Below, one piece after another: positions 25,401 through 37,978 of a DNA stretch of 64,000 nt; the stretch's first letter is position 1, and every line of letters begins with the position of its first letter. A program made the translations under genes and the position numbers. This DNA is from Eledone cirrhosa. Taxonomy: Eukaryota. The notes below the pieces were generated by a model, which saw only the letters and a program-made list of their open reading frames with translations, had not been told where the DNA came from and ran no database searches. Where the stretch lies: positions 6,944,001 to 7,008,000 of the forward strand of contig OZ024750.1 of the NCBI GenBank assembly GCA_964016885.1, in the 5' to 3' direction.

Positions 25401-28400
25401 CCCTGAGAGACTTTCATCCACCCTGAGAGACTGTCATCCACCCTGAGAGACTTTCATCCACCCTGAGAGACTGTCATCCACCTTGAGAGACTGTCATCCA
25501 CCCTGAGAGACTTTCATCCACATTGAGAGACTTTCATCCACATTGAGAGACTTTCATCCACATTGAGAGACTTTCATCCACCCTGAGAGACTTTCATCCA
25601 CATTGAGAGACTTTCATCCACATTGAGAGACTTTCATCCACATTGAGAGACTTTCATCCACCCTGAGAGACTTTCATCCACATTGAGAGACTTTCATCCA
25701 CCCTGAGAGACTTTCATCCACATTGAGAGACTTTCATCCACATTGAGAGACTTTCATCCACATTGAGAGACTTTCATCCACCCTGAGAGACTTTCATCCA
25801 CATTGAGAGACTTTCATCCACCTTGAGAGACTTTCATCCACATTGAGAGACTTTCATCCACCCTGAGAGACTTTCATCCACATTGAGAGACTTTCATCCA
25901 CATTGAGAGACTTTCATCCACATTGAGAGACTGTCATCCACCCTGAGAGACTTTCATCCACCTTGAGAGACTTTCATCCACCTTGAGAGACTTTCATCCA
26001 CATTGAGAGACTTTCATCCACCCTGAGAGACTTTCATCCACATTGAGAGACTTTCATCCACCTTGAGAGACTTTCATCCACCTTGAGAGACTTTCATCCA
26101 CATTGAGAGACTTTCATCCACATTGAGAGACTTTCATCCACCTTGAGAGACTTTCATCCACATTGAGAGACTTTCATCCACCCTGAGAGACTTTCATCCA
26201 CCCTGAGAGACTTTCATCCACCTTGAGAGACTTTCATCCACCTTGAGAGACTTTCATCCACCTTGAGAGACTTTCATCCACCTTGAGAGACTTTCATCCA
26301 CATTGAGAGACTTTCATCCACATTGAGAGACTTTCATCCACCTTGAGAGACTTTCATCCACCTTGAGAGACTTTCATCCACCTTGAGAGACTTTCATCCA
26401 CCTTGAGAGACTTTCATCCACATTGAGAGACTTTCATCCACATTGAGAGACTTTCATCCACCTTGAGAGACTTTCATCCACCTTGAGAGACTTTCATCCA
26501 CATTGAGAGACTTTCATCCACATTGAGAGACTTTCATCCACATTGAGAGACTTTCATCCACATTGAGAGACTTTCATCCACCTTGAGAGACTTTCATCCA
26601 CATTGAGAGACTTTCATCCACCCTGAGAGACTTTCATCCACCCTGAGAGACTTTCATCCACCTTGAGAGACTTTCATCCACCTTGAGAGACTTTCATCCA
26701 CCTTGAGAGACTTTCATCCACCTTGAGAGACTTTCATCCACCTTGAGAGACTTTCATCCACATTGAGAGACTTTCATCCACATTGAGAGACTTTCATCCA
26801 CCCTGAGAGACTTTCATCCACCCTGAGAGACTTTCATCCACCTTGAGAGACTTTCATCCACCCTGAGAGACTTTCATCCACCCTGAGAGACTTTCATCCA
26901 CCTTGAGAGACTTTCATCCACCTTGAGAGACTTTCATCCACCTTGAGAGACTTTCATCCACCTTGAGAGACTTTCATCCACATTGAGAGACTTTCATCCA
27001 CATTGAGAGACTTTCATCCACCCTGAGAGACTTTCATCCACCCTGAGAGACTTTCATCCACCTTGAGAGACTTTCATCCACCCTGAGAGACTTTCATCCA
27101 CCTTGAGAGACTTTCATCCACCTTGAGAGACTTTCATCCACCTTGAGAGACTTTCATCCACCTTGAGAGACTTTCATCCACATTGAGAGACTTTCATCCA
27201 CATTGAGAGACTTTCATCCACCCTGAGAGACTTTCATCCACATTGAGAGACTTTCATCCACATTGAGAGACTTTCATCCACATTGAGAGACTTTCATCCA
27301 CCCTGAGAGACTTTCATCCACCTTGAGAGACTTTCATCCACCTTGAGAGACTTTCATCCACCTTGAGAGACTTTCATCCACCTTGAGAGACTTTCATCCA
27401 CATTGAGAGACTTTCATCCACATTGAGAGACTTTCATCCACCCTGAGAGACTTTCATCCACATTGAGAGACTTTCATCCACATTGAGAGACTTTCATCCA
27501 CCTTGAGAGACTTTCATCCACATTGAGAGACTGTCATCCACCCTGAGAGACTTTCATCCACCTTGAGAGACTTTCATCCACCTTGAGAGACTTTCATCCA
27601 CCTTGAGAGACTTTCATCCACCTTGAGAGACTTTCATCCACATTGAGAGACTTTCATCCACATTGAGAGACTTTCATCCACCCTGAGAGACTTTCATCCA
27701 CCCTGAGAGACTTTCATCCACCTTGAGAGACTTTCATCCACCCTGAGAGACTTTCATCCACCTTGAGAGACTTTCATCCACCTTGAGAGACTTTCATCCA
27801 CCTTGAGAGACTTTCATCCACCTTGAGAGACTTTCATCCACATTGAGAGACTTTCATCCACATTGAGAGACTTTCATCCACCCTGAGAGACTTTCATCCA
27901 CATTGAGAGACTTTCATCCACATTGAGAGACTTTCATCCACATTGAGAGACTTTCATCCACCCTGAGAGACTTTCATCCACCTTGAGAGACTTTCATCCA
28001 CCTTGAGAGACTTTCATCCACCTTGAGAGACTTTCATCCACCTTGAGAGACTTTCATCCACATTGAGAGACTTTCATCCACATTGAGAGACTTTCATCCA
28101 CCCTGAGAGACTTTCATCCACATTGAGAGACTTTCATCCACATTGAGAGACTTTCATCCACCTTGAGAGACTTTCATCCACATTGAGAGACTTTCATCCA
28201 CCCTGAGAGACTTTCATCCACCTTGAGAGACTTTCATCCACCTTGAGAGACTTTCATCCACATTGAGAGACTGTCCTCCACCTTGAGAGACTTTCATCCA
28301 CCCTGAGAGACTTTCATCCACCTTGAGAGACTTTCATCCACCTTGAGAGACTTTCATCCACATTGAGAGACTTTCATCCACCCTGAGAGACTGTCATCCA

Positions 28401-30820
28401 CCCTGAGAGACTTTCATCCACCCTGAGAGACCTTCATCCACCCTGAGAGACTGTCATCCACCCTGAGAGACTGTCATCCACCCTGAGAGACTGTCATCCA
28501 CCTTGAGAGACTTTCATCCACCTTGAGAGACTTTCATCCACATTGAGAGACTTTCATCCACCTTGAGAGACTTTCATCCACCTTGAGAGACTTTCATCCA
28601 CCTTGAGAGACTTTCATCCACATTGAGAGACTTTCATCCACCTTGAGAGACTTTCATCCACCTTGAGAGACTTTCATCCACCTTGAGAGACTTTCATCCA
28701 CCTTGAGAGACTTTCATCCACCTTGAGAGACTTTCATCCACATTGAGAGACTTTCATCCACCTTGAGAGACTTTCATCCACCTTGAGAGACTTTCATCCA
28801 CCTTGAGAGACTTTCATCCACCTTGAGAGACTTTCATCCACCTTGAGAGACTTTCATCCACCTTGAGAGACTTTCATCCACCTTGAGAGACTTTCATCCA
28901 CCTTGAGAGACTTTCATCCACCTTGAGAGACTTTCATCCACCTTGAGAGACTTTCATCCACATTGAGAGACTTTCATCCACCTTGAGAGACTTTCATCCA
29001 CCTTGAGAGACTTTCATCCACATTGAGAGACTTTCATCCACCTTGAGAGACTTTCATCCACCTTGAGAGACTTTCATCCACCTTGAGAGACTTTCATCCA
29101 CCTTGAGAGACTTTCATCCACATTGAGAGACTTTCATCCACCTTGAGAGACTTTCATCCACCTTGAGAGACTTTCATCCACCTTGAGAGACTTTCATCCA
29201 CCTTGAGAGACTTTCATCCACCTTGAGAGACTTTCATCCACCTTGAGAGACTTTCATCCACCTTGAGAGACTTTCATCCACCTTGAGAGACTTTCATCCA
29301 CCTTGAGAGACTTTCATCCACCTTGAGAGACTTTCATGTACCCTGAGAGACTTTCATCCACATTGAGAGACTTTCATCCACCCTGAGAGACTTTCATCCA
29401 CCTTGAGAGACTTTCATCCACCTTGAGAGACTTTCATCCACATTGAGAGACTTTCATCCACCTTGAGAGACTTTCATCCACATTGAGAGACTTTCATCCA
29501 CCTTGAGAGACTTTCATGTACCCTGAGAGACTTTCATCCACATTGAGAGACTTTCATCCACCCTGAGAGACTTTCATCCACCTTGAGAGACTTTCATCCA
29601 CCTTGAGAGACTTTCATCCACCTTGAGAGACTTTCATGTACCCTGAGAGACTTTCATCCACATTGAGAGACTTTCATCCACCCTGAGAGACTTTCATCCA
29701 CCTTGAGAGACTTTCATCCACCTTGAGAGACTTTCATCCACATTGAGAGACTTTCATGTACCCTGAGAGACTTTCATCCACATTGAGAGACTTTCATCCA
29801 CCCTGAGAGACTTTCATCCACCTTGAGAGACTTTCATCCACATTGAGAGACTTTCATCCACCTTGAGAGACTTTCATCCACCTTGAGAGACTTTCATCCA
29901 CATTGAGAGACTTTCATCCACCCTGAGAGACTGTCATCCACCCTGAGAGACTTTCATCCACCCTGAGAGACCTTCATCCACCCTGAGAGACTGTCATCCA
30001 CCCTGAGAGACTGTCATCCACCCTGAGAGACTGTCATCCACCTTGAGAGACTTTCATCCACCTTGAGAGACTTTCATCCACCTTGAGAGACTTTCATCCA
30101 CCTTGAGAGACTTTCATCCACCTTGAGAGACTTTCATGTACCCTGAGAGACTTTCATCCACATTGAGAGACTTTCATCCACCTTGAGAGACTTTCATCCA
30201 CCTTGAGAGACTTTCATCCACCTTGAGAGACTTTCATCCACCTTGAGAGACTTTCATGTACCCTGAGAGACTTTCATCCACATTGAGAGACTGTCATCCA
30301 CCCTGAGAGACTTTCATCCACCTTGAGAGACTTTCATCCACCTTGAGAGACTTTCATCCACCTTGAGAGACTTTCATCCACCTTGAGAGACTTTCATCCA
30401 CATTGAGAGACTTTCATCCACATTGAGAGACTTTCATGTACCCTGAGAGACTTTCATCCACCTTGAGAGACTTTCATCCACCTTGAGAGACTTTCATCCA
30501 CCTTGAGAGACTTTCATCCACATTGAGAGACTTTCATCCACCTTGAGAGACTTTCATCCACCTTGAGAGACTTTCATCCACCTTGAGAGACTTTCATCCA
30601 CATTGAGAGACTTTCATCCACCTTGAGAGACTTTCATCCACATTGAGAGACTTTCATCCACCTTGAGAGACTTTCATCCACCTTGAGAGACTTTCATTGT
30701 ACCCTGAGAGACTTTCATCCACCTTGAGAGACTTTCATCCACCTTGAGAGACTTTCATTGTACCCTGAGAGACTTTCATCCACATTGAGAGACTTTCATC
30801 CACATTGAGAGACTTTCATT
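22413..30820. repeat. 8.4-kb 20-bp tandem array, about 420 copies
   Basis: Unit ct(t/g)tcatccac(ct/at/cc)tgagaga, in perfect 20-bp register until about 30700. Confidence 0.99.
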
Positions 30821-30835
30821 TGATGTTTGGTTTAA

Positions 30836-32193
30836 CTCTTTAGATCCGGCCAGAATTCTCTCACCCTTTTCTATTTAAACCGGCTGTAACTGGCCACCCT
30901 CACTAATGTTAAGGTATTGTAATACCAAAATAAATAACATTAAAATCTCATAGATTTGATATTATGTGAGGTATTATGTGAGGTAAAGCCTTTACCATGA
31001 AAATACAATAGTAAATATAGAGTAATGTAAATGTTATGTGAGGTATTATGAGAGGTAAAGCCTTTACCATGAAAATACAATAGTAAATATAGAGTAATGT
31101 AAATGTTATGTGAGGTATTATGTGAGGTAAAGCCTTTACCATGAAAATACAATAGTAAATATAGAGTAATGTAAATGTTATGTGAGGTATTATGTGAGGT
31201 AAAGCCTTTACCATGAAAATACAATAGTAAATATAGAGTAATGTAAATGTTATGTGAGGTATTATGAGAGGTAAAGCCTTTACCATGAAAATACAATAGT
31301 AAATATAGAGTAATGTAAATGTTATGTGAGATATTATGTGAGGTAAAGCCTTTACCATGAAAATACAATAGTAAATATAGAGTAATGTAAATGTTATGTG
31401 AGATATTATGTGAGGTAAAGCCTTTACCATGAAAATACAATAGTAAATATAGAGTAATGTAAATGTTATGTGAGATATTATGTGAGGTAAAGCCTTTACC
31501 ATGAAAATACAATAGTAAATATAGAGTAATGTAAATGTTATGTGAGATATTATGTGAGGTAAAGCCTTTACCATGAAAATACAATAGTAAATATAGAGTA
31601 ATGTAAATGTTATGTGAGATATTATGTGAGGTAAAGCCTTTACCATGAAAATACAATAGTAAATATAGAGTAATGTAAATGTTATGTGAGATATTATGTG
31701 AGGTAAAGCCTTTACCATGAAAATACAATAGTAAATATAGAGTAATGTAAATGTTATGTGAGATATTATGTGAGGTAAAGCCTTTACCATGAAAATACAA
31801 TAGTAAATATAGAGTAATGTAAATGTTATGTGAGATATTATGTGAGGTAAAGCCTTTACCATGAAAATACAATAGTAAATATAGAGTAATGTAAATGTTA
31901 TGTGAGATATTATGTGAGGTAAAGCCTTTACTGTGAAAATACAATAGTATATGTAGAGTAATGTAAATGTTATGTGAGATATTATGTGAGGTAAAGCCTT
32001 TACCATGAAAATACAATAGTAAATATAGAGTAATGTAAATGTTATGTGAGATATTATGTGAGGTAAAGCCTTTACCATGAAAATACAATAGTAAATATAG
32101 AGTAATGTAAATGTTATGTGAGATATTATGTGAGGTAAAGCCTTTACCATGAAAATACAATAGTAAATATAGAGTAATGTAAATGTTAATGGG
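30836..32193. mobile_element. piggyBac-type MITE, family A, containing an internally amplified 72-bp satellite
   Basis: TTAA|CTCTTTAG ... TAAATGTTAATGGG|TTAA; body homologous to 8069-8288. Confidence 0.8.
30961..32186. repeat. 72-bp satellite, about 17 copies
   Basis: Period of 72 (24-aa repeat in the spurious ORFs); the unit matches the 3' part of MITE family A. Confidence 0.97.
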
Positions 32194-32438
32194 TTAAGGA
32201 CCAAATTATTCTTTAGGCTTCTGGTTTAGGGATAAACATTTTTTTAATCATTTTTCCTTTTCCAAATCGCAGGATCTATGGAGTGGTGGGAGGAGGTTGG
32301 TGGGGTTTTATCTTCAGTTTCTGTAACATGATCAGAAACATATCTTCCTCGGAATAAGATACTGCTTTATCACAGATAGCTTTCCCTTGGGGTGGAATTC
32401 TATCCAAAATTATAAAGCAATGAGTCATTTCTGTAGTT

Positions 32439-33286
32439 CCATACAGATATGTCACCACCACCACCGCTGCCATACAGATATGTCATCACCACCACCGCTG
32501 CCATACAGATATGTCATCACCACCACCGCTGCCATACAGATATGTCATCACCACCACCGCTGCCATACAGATATGTCATCACCACCACCGCTGCCATACA
32601 GATATGTCATCACCACCACCGCTGCCATACAGATATGTCATCACCACCACCGCTGCCATACAGATATGTCATCACCACCACCGCTGCCATACAGATATGT
32701 CATCACCACCACCGCTGCCATACAGATATGTCATCACCACCACCGCTGCCATACAGATATGTCACCACCACCACCGCTGCCATACAGATATGTCATCACC
32801 ACCACCGCTGCCATACAGATATGTCATCACCACCACCGCTGCCATACAGATATGTCATCACCACCACCGCTGCCATACAGATATGTCACCACCACCACCG
32901 CTGCCATACAGATATGTCATCACCACCACCGCTGCCATACAGATATGTCATCACCACCACCGCTGCCATACAGATATGTCATCACCACCACCACCGCTGC
33001 CATACAGATATGTCATCACCACCACCACCGCTGCCATACAGATATGTCATCACCACCACCGCTGCCATACAGATATGTCATCACCACCACCGCTGCCATA
33101 CAGATATGTCATCACCACCACCGCTGCCATACAGATATGTCACCACCACCACCGCTGCCATACAGATATGTCACCACCACCACCGCTGCCATACAGATAT
33201 GTCATCACCACCACCGCTGCCATACAGATATGTCATCACCACCACCGCTGCCATACAGATATGTCACCACCACCACCGCTGCCATC
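32439..33286. repeat. 31-bp minisatellite, about 27 copies
   Basis: Unit ccatacagatatgtcatcaccaccaccgctg. Confidence 0.97.
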
Positions 33287-33462
33287 ACTCAACTGTATCT
33301 GCTTTAGAACTAAGGGAACTTGTTGAGCTCCCTGTCAAATTGACACATGTGGCGCTGATAATGTGATATGACCCTCTTCACTGATGCATGTGGTGTTGAT
33401 ATGATGTGACACATTTTACTGACACATGTGCTTATGTGATGTAACCTGCTTCACTAATAAAT

Positions 33463-33786
33463 TATATATATATATATGTCTGTGTGTATGTGTGTATATG
33501 TGTGTATATACATATGTCTGTGTGTGTGTATATATATATGTCTGTGTGTGTGTGTATATACATATGTGTGTATATATATATATATGTCTGTGTATATATA
33601 TGTATATGTCTGTGTGTGTATATATATATATATATATATGCCTGTGTGTATGTATGTATATATATATATATGTGTGTGTATATATATATATATGTCTGTG
33701 TGTGTGTATATATATATATATGTCTGTGTGTGTGTATATATATATATATGTCTGTGCGTGTGTGTATATACATATATGTCTGTGTG

Positions 33787-33824
<38 letters not shown>

Positions 33825-33880
33825 TGTCTGTGTGTGTATATGTGTGTATATATGTGTGTGTATATATATATATATGTCTG
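33463..33880. repeat. (TA)n/(TG)n compound microsatellite
   Basis: Direct reading. Confidence 0.95.
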
Positions 33881-35570
33881 ATGATCTTGTGAGAGGCAGG
33901 TGAAACTCCAGAGTAACAAGATTCACTATTTAACCACAATAACATATATGTTATTTTGGCTGTTTAGTACATAACTATATATATATATAGTTATGTACTA
34001 AACACCCAAAATAATCAGTCTCTTAGCAGACAACTTAATATATCTTAATTAATAACCAACCTGAGCACTAATAATATACAAATTAGCAGAGACATTTCAG
34101 GACACTACTATAAGTGATAGAGTATATAAGCCCTTCAGTTACGTATTTCCTTGCGGGTGTTTTAGATGATGTACATCTCTTCTGATGAGAACCCAACAAG
34201 TTTCAAAAACATTAATACTAAATGTTGTTTCATCTAATAGTCCAATACCAGTCGTACTCTGGGTATGTAGAAACAGATGTTATCTGTCATGTGACTGTTC
34301 ACAATAATAATGAACTTTATTAAAAAGTCTTAAGCTGCTTTTAATAATATTTCACTGAAGCAGAACAATAACCCATTGCACTTATCTCTGGGTCCATATT
34401 ATATTTGCTAATAATAGTAAGAAGGTCATCTGACTTGGAACAATTCATACATTCCCACCATTTTCATTTGGTAAATGGGAGAGAAAATTCTGGTTTTACA
34501 AAATATAGTGATTGTAATTGTTGTTGTAAAGAATGGAGTTTGTTGTTGTTAACTACAAGTTGTCACATATATAAATAATATATATCTATAAATGATATGT
34601 ATAATATATATATATATATAAATCAAATTAAAAAACTCAGTGAATTAAAGACTCTCGTTAATGAGCTCAAAGAATAGATTCCGGACTCTTTATAAGACAG
34701 TATATAGTGAGAAATACAGAAAGAGGTGTGTGTTTAATCTATCCCTATGATTAAACACATACCTCTGTGTATTTTTGTATATATATAAATATAGGTATGT
34801 TATAAAAATAATATATATATGAATATAAACATCAATAAAAAAAGCTGAGGCCATATTCAGTTCATTCAAGTTTATTTAAAATCCGTTATACACATTTATA
34901 GTTCTTCAGACGGCAAAACATAAACAATTCAAGTTTTGAAAAATCCAATAACTTCTTTGAGAAAGATTTTCTTTTCTTGATACAGAGGACCAGCTGGACA
35001 TATGCTGTTGATTCTTCAGTGGCCAGCCCCTGTATGAATAAATAAATTACCTCTGTGGTAGTAATGAATAAACAGAATGACAGCTTAACAAATCGTCTTT
35101 GTATTATATATATATATATATATATATATCCATTCTCACAAGGGAGACAAACTTAGTACTTAACTGGAGCCACCATCATCTCATCTATATACATTCCCAT
35201 ACTCAGCAGAGTGCACCAAATGCATTTTATTGTGGCACCAGCACTCTGGAGGTTGTCCACATACATACACAAACATTAATGATGCGTACTTCTTCCGTGA
35301 GTTTCAAGAAAGTGTAATGAGTATCCTACTCATTAAATTGCAGTGTAACTGGCTGAGTATTCCTTAGTCACATGTTTACCTTTAACATAACTCTCAAGAA
35401 GAATATGTGTGGTACAATGTGATAAACCAGGACTTTGAATTAAAGGCACAAACCATTCAACAGGCTTCTGCATAGTTTCTGTCTACCTAATTTCATTCAG
35501 TCTTGAGACAAACCGAGACTATGGTAAAAGATTATTGGTTGTCAAGATACCACACAATAAGGTTGACCCC

Positions 35571-35745
35571 CAGTGAATTGGCAGAGGGTCAGACATGCTT
35601 TCCAGCGTAGTTACGTCCCTTTACGATCTGAGTTCAAATCCTGCCGAAGTTAACTTTGCCTTTCATCCTTACGAGGTCGATAAAATAAAGTACCAGTAAT
35701 GTACTGGAATAATTGCTGGCCTTGTGCCAAAAGTAGAAACAATTA
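35571..35745 (+). mobile_element. tRNA-derived SINE family 1
   Basis: gagttcaaatcctgcc B box; tttgcctttcatccttacgaggtcgataaaataaagtaccag core; gctggccttgtgccaaaagtagaaacaattat tail. Confidence 0.85.
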
Positions 35746-36949
35746 TTTTAAACATAACTCTTTCTCTCTCTCTTGGTTGCCAAAATTTTCCCCCATCAAT
35801 ATATATGGCTGCTAAAATTTGTTAGTTACATCATATAGAGCCATGTTGATGGCAAAGATCTTGGCAGCCATGACACTTATAATGATAGTGGTGTCAATAA
35901 AACGATGCTGATGATGTCCTTCAACTCTATACAGATATGAACTATCATTCATACTTTACTAACCATAGTCTGCCAAATTATTTCCAGTTGTTTATATTGG
36001 TTATAAAACTATTCACTGTGTAGTTTTTAACCTAAATATATCACATTGCTCTGCTCAGATACATAACTTTTACAATTGTCTTATGTTGTCTTTACTCTAC
36101 TCTATCTTCTTCTTGTGAAAACACATTACATAACTGCGAAGACAATCTAATTTTAACTTAGCGTATTTTCTATTTAACTTCAACACAGTTTTGACAGATG
36201 TCCAATTTTAACTATACAGCATCTTCTACTTAACTGCTTTCTGTAAAATGTCTACTTCTGTTGCCAAAGTGTAAGCAGTTCTTGAGAAGATTATAGCTTA
36301 GTACACAATTTTATATTTTACTGATGGAATGAAAATTACTGAATGATAGCCCGGTTCTTCTTAGATACTGTCAGAAGTAGAACAATAATTTAAATTTTCC
36401 AGTCTATTAACTAATCTTGATGTATTTGTGTGGGGAATGTTGAACTGTTGCATTAAAAAATAAATGTTTTTAAGTTCAAACAAAGCTAAGGAAATGTATA
36501 TATGTAGGACTAGAGCACCTGCAGACAATCAGAGACTGGAATGTAATGTTTTAAACATACGGAACATGAAAGTTGCAGTTAATTGTCCAGAAAATGAGAA
36601 ACATTATTTCAATAAGTTGTCTTGGAGATTTAGACATATGGATTTACTGTAAATCTGCACTTCTCTCTTTTAAACTTGGGGATAGCAGTGACTGGGTGTG
36701 TTTAATTGATGAATGTTCAGTTTGAATTGTTACACAATAAGGGATTTAACCTTTTTATTACCATATTTCTAATGAAAAACTGCATGTGGTTTTCAAATCA
36801 TTTTGAAAACACTCAAGAATTTAGAGGGATTTAGTAATATAACTAATTTTCTCGTTATGTTAAGCTACTCGAAGATATTTAGATAAATAAACAGCTTTGT
36901 GTCATAGAACCAGGGTTAGTTTCTGTTATATCCTTAAGTCCAGTTACTA

Positions 36950-37462
36950 TCATACAGTACCTACACTGTCACAGGAGCTACACTACTGTGACAGTACCTA
37001 CACTGTCACAGGAGCTACACTACTGTCACAGTACCTACACTGTCACAGGAGCTACACTACTGTCACAGTAGCTACACTACTGTCACAGTAGCTACACTAC
37101 TGTCACAGGAGCTACACTGTCACAGGAGCTACACTGTCACAGGAGCTACACTACTGTCACAGGAGCTACACTGTCACAGGAGCTACACTACTGTCACAGG
37201 AGCTACACTGTCACAGGAGCTACACTGTCACAGGAGCTACACTGTCACAGGAGCTACACTACTGTCACAGTACCTACACTGTCACAGGAGCTACACTACT
37301 GTCACAGGAGCTACACTACTGTCACAGGAGCTACACTACTGTCACAGGAGCTACACTGTCACAGGAGCTACACTACTGTCACAGGAGCTACACTACTGTC
37401 ACAGGAGCTACACTACTGTCACAGGAGCTACACTACTGTCACAGGAGCTACACTGTCACAGT
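36950..37462. repeat. 19/22-bp minisatellite
   Basis: ctacact(act)gtcacaggag units. Confidence 0.95.
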
Positions 37463-37464
37463 AT

Positions 37465-37700
37465 TCATCATCATCGTTTTACGTCCGTTCTTCCACGCTA
37501 GCATGGGTTAGACGGGTTGTCCTGTTGTGGGCAGTGTCTGGTCGGCTGACCATGCCTTGCTCATACAGGAACTGATCTGGCTTGCTTTCTACAGCTGGAT
37601 GCCCTTCCTAACACCAACCTCATTTACAGTGTGGGCTGGGTGCTTTTTTCGTGGCGCCTACACGTCCACTTTACAGTGTGGGCTGGGTGCTTTTTTTGCC
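37465..37700 (-). mobile_element. SINE-like repeat, family 3
   Basis: Reverse complement of the 21700-21920 family (tcatcatcatcgttttacgtcc...ggatgcccttcctaacaccaacc). Confidence 0.65.
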
Positions 37701-37978
37701 GTGGCGGGTGTGGGGGGCATATTGTTTATATGCTTCAGCATGTACCCATGGGAGGTCGGGTACTCTGTATTACTGCGTGACGCCAGAAGTCGCGGTCGTG
37801 TGTCATTGGGTAAGGTCGGCTTTTATCACCTCATCCCAGGTCATCTTGGGTCTCCCCACTCCGCGGTTTCCATCAACTTCTATTAGTTGTAACATTCAGT
37901 CTGGTTTACTTTGAAATATAATTAATTGCTATTGTAATATTTTCCATTTATAAGACATTTTATTCTTCTATTTTCCAG

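Noticed and set aside
22413-30820. CRISPR-like array, or derivation from the SINE core (shared ctttcatcc)
   Set aside because: No unique spacers, no cas genes and a eukaryotic context. The 9-bp match to the SINE is too short to support homology.
32250-32340. Strong-looking splice acceptor as an upstream LZTS exon
   Set aside because: The two frames translated stop quickly and show no LZTS motif. It could be non-coding, but there is no support.
30940-33366. 270-420 aa repetitive ORFs
   Set aside because: They arise from the 72-bp and 31-bp tandem arrays, which happen to lack stops on one strand.
34175-34240. CTGATGA-containing hammerhead candidate
   Set aside because: GAAA is replaced by AAAA, the cleavage triplet is non-canonical and helix I is not adjacent. 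At best a decayed remnant.
35620-35650. tRNA genes suggested by B-box GTTCAAATCC motifs
   Set aside because: They are SINE heads with no cloverleaf.
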